A stretch of DNA of 64,000 nucleotides, taken from positions 341,393 to 405,392 of the forward strand of contig JABTUM010000002.1 in the NCBI GenBank assembly GCA_015075375.1, given 5' to 3'. Below the pieces are notes generated by a model, which saw only the letters and a program-made list of their open reading frames with translations, searched no databases and was not told the DNA's origin. The position numbers were made by a program, and so were the translations under genes. The stretch is from Planctomycetota bacterium. GTDB taxonomy: Bacteria > Planctomycetota > SZUA-567 > H5-PLA8. This document shows positions 59,529 through 64,000 of the stretch, piece after piece. How positions within the stretch are numbered: the stretch's first letter is position 1; every line of letters begins with the position of its first letter.

Positions 59529-61454
59529 ATGAGCCTGTCGCTGCGCACGAATCGCCTGCCGGATCAGGAAGTTCAGGGCCGCGCCAAAGCGCTGGCCGCG
59601 GACTTGCCGAAGCTGGGCTCGTTCGACGTAGTGGTGGTGGGCGGCGGCACCGCGGGAGCGGTGGCGGCCATCGTGGCGGGGCAGGAAGGCCTGCGCACGG
59701 CGGTGGTGGAACCCCAAGCGTTCCTGGGCGGGATCGGAACGGGCGGCGGGATCCACATGTACTACCACGGCCTGCAGACGGGCGTGCAGGTCCAGATTGA
59801 CGAACGCACGGATTCGTGGAACAAGCGCTTGGGCGGTAAGGCCAGCGGCTTCCATCCCGAAGCGAAGAAACTGGCGCTGCAGGAATTGGCCGACGAAGCC
59901 CAGGTGCGCTGCTTCTACAACCACTTCTTCGTCGGCGCGGTGCTGGAAGGCAAGGCCCTGCGCGGCGTGGCGGTCGAAGGCCCCCAGGGTCCGGGCTGGA
60001 TCGAAGCGAAGACGGTGATCGACAGCACCGGCGATGCCGATGTGGCGGCCGCGGCGGGCGCGCCGTTCCGGTTCGGGCGCAGCGGCGACCATGCTCCGCA
60101 GCCCTACAGCCTCGCGCCGGGCTTCGTGAAGAATCTCGAATCCGTCGGCTTCCATAATTTCGACGCCGGGTATATCGACGCCACCAACGCCCGCGACCAG
60201 AGCCGCGCGCAGTTCGAGGGGCGCACGCATCTGCGCAAGACGAACTACGAAGAAGCCAACCGCATGCTGTACGTTTCGCCGATCCTGGGGCTGCGCGAGA
60301 GCCGCTTCATTGACGCCGAGTATGTGGTGACGCTCGAAGATCAGGTCCAGCAGCGCCGCTTTGCCGACTGCATCGCGCGCGCGAAGGCGCACTACGACAA
60401 CCACGCGCTCGACTACGAGAACGAATCGCTCGAAGCCGCGCTGTGGGTTACTTCGTCCGGCAATTGGCGCACGCTGATGTGCCACGATGTGCCGTATCGC
60501 TGCATGGTTCCGCTGCAGGTCGAGAACCTCCTGGTCGCCTGCCGCGCCGTGGGCATGACCCACGACGCACACCAGCTTTTCCGGATGCAGCGCGACATGC
60601 AGGCGCTGGGCGAGGCCGCGGCCGTGGCGGCCGGCGTGGCGCAGCGCAACGGAACCAGCGTGCGCAAGGTGGACGTGAAGACGCTGCAGAAGCGCCTGGT
60701 GGAACGCGGCGCGCTCGCGCCCGAGGCCTTGGAAGGGAAAGGCCTGGGTACCACCTTGCCGGCGGACGAGGAGTTGCCCAAGTCGGACGTGGCCAAGCTC
60801 TTGTCGCACTTCGGAACCGACCGCGAAGGGCCGGCGCAGACGGAGTTGATGCGCCGTGGAGCCGGCGCTCACGCCGCGTTGCGCGAAGCGCTTAATGGCC
60901 AGGACGAGAACGCAAAGCTGATGGCGGCGCTGAACCTGGGGCTGCAGGGCATGACCGACGGCGTGAAGGTGTTGCAAGCGACGGTCCGTGCGCGGCGGCA
61001 GGACCAAGCCAAAGCGCGCAGCGCGGGCGCGCGCTGGTCGGGCGCGCTTTTTGTGCTCGAGAAGCTCGGCGCACGCGCGCATGGCGCGATTCCGCTGGCA
61101 TTGGAGATCCTCCAGGACCAGGAATTGAGTCTCACCAAGGCCGTCCAGTCGGTGCGCCTGCTGGGCCGGCATGCGACGGCGGCCGAGGCGCTCGAGGCCG
61201 TGCGCACGGTCCTGAAGCGCCCCGATGTCCAGGGCAAGTTGACGCTCCAGGTCAGCTCGTCGGGCGCCAAAGGCTCGATGCAGGACCGCCATTTCGAGCT
61301 GCACTTGTCGGCGGCTGAAGCTTTCGCGCACTGGGGCGCCGTGGCCGAAGCGCGCGAGATCGCCGAGCGCTACACGGCCGACCACCGCGCGCTGGTGCGC
61401 GGCTACGCGCGTAAGGTGTTGCAGAGCATCGCCGAGCCCGTCGCCGCGCAATAA
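59529..61454 (+). CDS. FAD-dependent oxidoreductase (FAD_oxidored-type) with a C-terminal HEAT-like helical domain
   Basis: VVVVGGGTAGAVAAIVAGQEG is a GxGxxG FAD-binding motif. A second conserved region follows (TVIDSTGDADVAAAAG). The opposite-strand 651-aa ORF is shadow. Confidence 0.8.
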   Translation: MSLSLRTNRLPDQEVQGRAKALAADLPKLGSFDVVVVGGGTAGAVAAIVAGQEGLRTAVVEPQAFLGGIGTGGGIHMYYHGLQTGVQVQIDERTDSWNKRLGGKASGFHPEAKKLALQELADEAQVRCFYNHFFVGAVLEGKALRGVAVEGPQGPGWIEAKTVIDSTGDADVAAAAGAPFRFGRSGDHAPQPYSLAPGFVKNLESVGFHNFDAGYIDATNARDQSRAQFEGRTHLRKTNYEEANRMLYVSPILGLRESRFIDAEYVVTLEDQVQQRRFADCIARAKAHYDNHALDYENESLEAALWVTSSGNWRTLMCHDVPYRCMVPLQVENLLVACRAVGMTHDAHQLFRMQRDMQALGEAAAVAAGVAQRNGTSVRKVDVKTLQKRLVERGALAPEALEGKGLGTTLPADEELPKSDVAKLLSHFGTDREGPAQTELMRRGAGAHAALREALNGQDENAKLMAALNLGLQGMTDGVKVLQATVRARRQDQAKARSAGARWSGALFVLEKLGARAHGAIPLALEILQDQELSLTKAVQSVRLLGRHATAAEALEAVRTVLKRPDVQGKLTLQVSSSGAKGSMQDRHFELHLSAAEAFAHWGAVAEAREIAERYTADHRALVRGYARKVLQSIAEPVAAQ

Positions 61455-61501
61455 CGCTTCGCGCTGCTTTCGGATCGGAATCCACCCGGCGGGCTTTGCG
61501 C

Positions 61502-64000
61502 TCAGACCGGGTGGATCTCCGCGTACAGTCCGCCGCGGCGGCGGTGCGGCTTAACCGAGCACTCCGGGCAGATCTTTTCCAGTTGCTTCCGGCGGGTCGC
61601 CCATACGTCGTAGGCCTTGACCAGCATGCAGTCGGCCTGCCCCACCTTGCCGTGCCGCTGCAATCCCGCGGCGTCCAGGTCGGAGTCCAGCTTGCGCGGA
61701 CTGACCGGACAGCCGCCGGCGCGCCAGGCCAGACCGCCCGCTTCCTGCGCTTCGCCCGATTCCGTCACGATCCAGTCACGGCTTCCGAACATGTCCAGGC
61801 AGCCGCAACCCAGCGAGATTTCGCCGATGTGGTACGCCGTGCTGCTCGTGTTGTCCACGCCCAGCCCCAGGATGTAGCCGCCGTGGTGGACGAGCCGGCC
61901 GATGGGGCTTTTGGCGGCCCAGATCCCGTGTTCCAGGTGTCCGGCGCAATACCATTCGGCTTTCGGTCCCAAGGCCGCCACCGCGTGAGTGCCCTGGAGG
62001 CTGCGGACCGCCGCGGGGCGCCGCCAAAATGCATCCGGCAGCGCGCCGTTGGTGGTGGGCGTGGTCAGCGGATTGTAGACGCGCGCGGCGAAGTGGTTGA
62101 AGGAGGGCATCAGAAGCGTTCCGCGGGATCCGACCGCTTCGAGCAGCGCGTCGATCACGGTTTCCACGCCGCCGGCCACGGGTCCGACTTTCGAGAGCGA
62201 ACTGTGAACCATCAGGTCCATCCCGGGCTTGACGCCCAGGCGCTTGAGGTCGCGCACCAATTGCGCGCGCGTGGCCTGCCCGCGCGGTTGGGACAGGCGC
62301 ACGTAGCCCAATTGTTCCAGCGCGCGGAAGTAGTCGGTGACCGCCTGAGCTTCCAGGGCTTGCTTGCGTCCGGCTCCGATGAGCTGGCGAATATCTTCCA
62401 GCGTGCGGTTTCCGTCGGCCCAATAGAGCGCCCATTTAGGCAGGCCGCTTTGCGCGATGCGCTGCCAGAGATCGGGCGGCGTATTCTCGGCGGCAGGCGC
62501 CAGCGGCGCGGTTCGGCGCACCACGGGGCTGGACTTTGCGGTAGACGGCTCCGCGCGCGGTCCGGCCGCGGCCACGCGCGCGGCAGCGGCGGCGAAGCGC
62601 GCTTCCAACTCGGATTTCCGGCCGCCCCACCACCAGCGCCGCAAGCGATTCAGATTGGTGCGATGGGCCTCGCGGCGCAGATGGGCCACGGCGGGCGAGA
62701 GGCCCGGCTCGGCCAGCGCCGCCAGCGTACGGGACGTGACGGACTCCGCCATGTCGAGCGCTTCGGGCGTCGCGGCATCGGCCAAATAGTACAGATACCC
62801 GGCCATGGCGGCGGCGCTGAGGGCCAGGCCCGGCGCATGCAGCAGCTTGGGCGTGTCGGCGTCGCTGTGGTACCCGCGAAACGGATGATTGGTCAGCCAC
62901 GGGCAGGGAAACCCGAATTGCGGATCGCCCAGCAGCGTGTCTTCGGTCGAGACAAAGGGCCGGCGTTCGAGCACATACCCGGCGGCATCAATAGTGGCCG
63001 CGGCGTCCAGGCAGCGCGCACCCAGTTCGTCCACGAAATCGGCCGAACCGGGCACCGTTGCGTGCCAGCGCAGATGCCGTTCGCAGAGTTCGGGCTTCGC
63101 GCCGACGGTATCGATGCAGACGCCCGCCAGCGGCGGCTGCAAGCGCCGTGCGTGCTCCAGATAGTGGAAGAATCCGTAACATTCGTAGCCGCTCAAAAAA
63201 CGGATCGAGCGTTTGGGGCGGGGGAGCGCACCCTTGGCGATCAGCGCCTCCAGGACGCGCGCGATCTCGACGCAGACCGCGACGCCGCTGGCGTTGTCCA
63301 GCGCTCCGGGTTCTGAACTGTGCGCGACCGCCCAGACTTCGTCCTGCGGATCGGCCGCGCCACGCACCACGCCGCTGACGACGTCGTGCGTTCCGGCATA
63401 GCGCCGCACATTGGCCTTCACCCGCAAGCGGACGGACTTATGCTTCGCGAGTTCCGTACGCAGGCGCTCTCCCGCGCGTTGCGAAAGGGCCATGCCCACC
63501 AGACGAGCCGATGCTTCGCCGTAGGGTAAGGAGCCCCAGCCAAATTTGAGCCACCCCGTCGCGCCGGGCAGATCTTTGACTGGGCAGTCGTACACCACTC
63601 CCAACACGCCTTTATCGAAAAGCAACGTTCGCGTGACGCGCGGTTCCAACCGCGTCAGCACAAACCGTCCGCGCAAGCGTTCCGCCGGCCGGCGTTTCAG
63701 TTCTTCAAGATCGTCTTCCACCACCAAGGTACCGGTGAGTCCTTCGGCTGCAGTGCCCGCCGTCCATTGGACCGCGTGCCAGGGATTCTCTTGAGCGTCG
63801 AGCAGCGTGCGGCGAAAGGGCGCCACGATCTCGGCGCGAAGCGTGTGCACGTCCGAGGCTTCGGCGACGATCCAGCGCCCCGAGCCCAACGCGCCGCCGG
63901 TCGCCGCGCGATACACCTCCGCATGGGCGCCCGCATCGCGATACGCTCGGACCAACGTGCGGGTCGTGCTTTGCCAGCGGTCGAAGCGGTTCCAGCGTTC
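61502..64000 (-). CDS. multidomain protein, 5' end outside the window: M28-type zinc aminopeptidase-like domain fused to a C-terminal AAC(3)-family (aminoglycoside N3-acetyltransferase-like) domain
   Basis: M28 signature HSSEPGALDNASGVAVCVEIARVL. The C-terminal motifs LMVHSSLSKVGPVAGG...GTLLMPSFNHF match the AAC(3)/Antibiotic_NAT family. The ORF is open at the window edge. Confidence 0.7.
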   Translation of the reverse strand, partial: ERWNRFDRWQSTTRTLVRAYRDAGAHAEVYRAATGGALGSGRWIVAEASDVHTLRAEIVAPFRRTLLDAQENPWHAVQWTAGTAAEGLTGTLVVEDDLEELKRRPAERLRGRFVLTRLEPRVTRTLLFDKGVLGVVYDCPVKDLPGATGWLKFGWGSLPYGEASARLVGMALSQRAGERLRTELAKHKSVRLRVKANVRRYAGTHDVVSGVVRGAADPQDEVWAVAHSSEPGALDNASGVAVCVEIARVLEALIAKGALPRPKRSIRFLSGYECYGFFHYLEHARRLQPPLAGVCIDTVGAKPELCERHLRWHATVPGSADFVDELGARCLDAAATIDAAGYVLERRPFVSTEDTLLGDPQFGFPCPWLTNHPFRGYHSDADTPKLLHAPGLALSAAAMAGYLYYLADAATPEALDMAESVTSRTLAALAEPGLSPAVAHLRREAHRTNLNRLRRWWWGGRKSELEARFAAAAARVAAAGPRAEPSTAKSSPVVRRTAPLAPAAENTPPDLWQRIAQSGLPKWALYWADGNRTLEDIRQLIGAGRKQALEAQAVTDYFRALEQLGYVRLSQPRGQATRAQLVRDLKRLGVKPGMDLMVHSSLSKVGPVAGGVETVIDALLEAVGSRGTLLMPSFNHFAARVYNPLTTPTTNGALPDAFWRRPAAVRSLQGTHAVAALGPKAEWYCAGHLEHGIWAAKSPIGRLVHHGGYILGLGVDNTSSTAYHIGEISLGCGCLDMFGSRDWIVTESGEAQEAGGLAWRAGGCPVSPRKLDSDLDAAGLQRHGKVGQADCMLVKAYDVWATRRKQLEKICPECSVKPHRRRGGLYAEIHPV

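Overview
This is a 64 kb high-GC bacterial chromosomal segment, roughly two-thirds G+C by eye, densely packed with genes on both strands. The housekeeping genes I can call with confidence are ligA, trpE, metF, lpxB, murQ, an ETF-ubiquinone oxidoreductase, apaG and a 7Fe-type ferredoxin. Several genes look typical of the Planctomycetes/Verrucomicrobia group, which is an inference. These are a prepilin-type protein with a C-terminal H-X9-DG-like motif, a roughly 1290-aa Hanks-type Ser/Thr kinase, several FAD-dependent oxidoreductases, a Gfo/Idh/MocA oxidoreductase, and PA14/LamG-like secreted proteins. I found no transposase, integrase, CRISPR array or cas gene. Seven features stand out as accessory or unusual:
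1. A hairpin-containing repeat family occurs as two dispersed copies near 4.8 kb and as a three-unit tandem array at 11.26-11.59 kb.
2. A broad lower-GC block spans about 11.6-18.6 kb. It carries a stand-alone TARG1/DarG-type macrodomain gene and a 750-bp ORF-free low-GC stretch with a perfect 16-bp palindrome and a strong terminator.
3. A small low-GC toxin-antitoxin cassette (AbrB/MazE-type antitoxin plus Doc/Fic toxin) abuts the 3' end of a tRNA-Asn(GTT) gene.
4. A sharply bounded in-frame AT-rich segment of about 420 bp sits inside lpxB.
5. An ABC ATPase, an FtsX-type permease and an AttH-like protein form a cluster next to an OmpR/histidine-kinase pair.
6. An HtpX-like M48 protease is fused to duplicated zinc-ribbon modules.
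7. A right-hand cluster holds tandem secreted paralogs, a ferredoxin, a roughly 930-aa membrane-anchored LamG-like protein, two FAD oxidoreductases and an M28-peptidase/AAC(3)-like fusion.
All functional calls come from motif recognition in the supplied translations; no database search was run.
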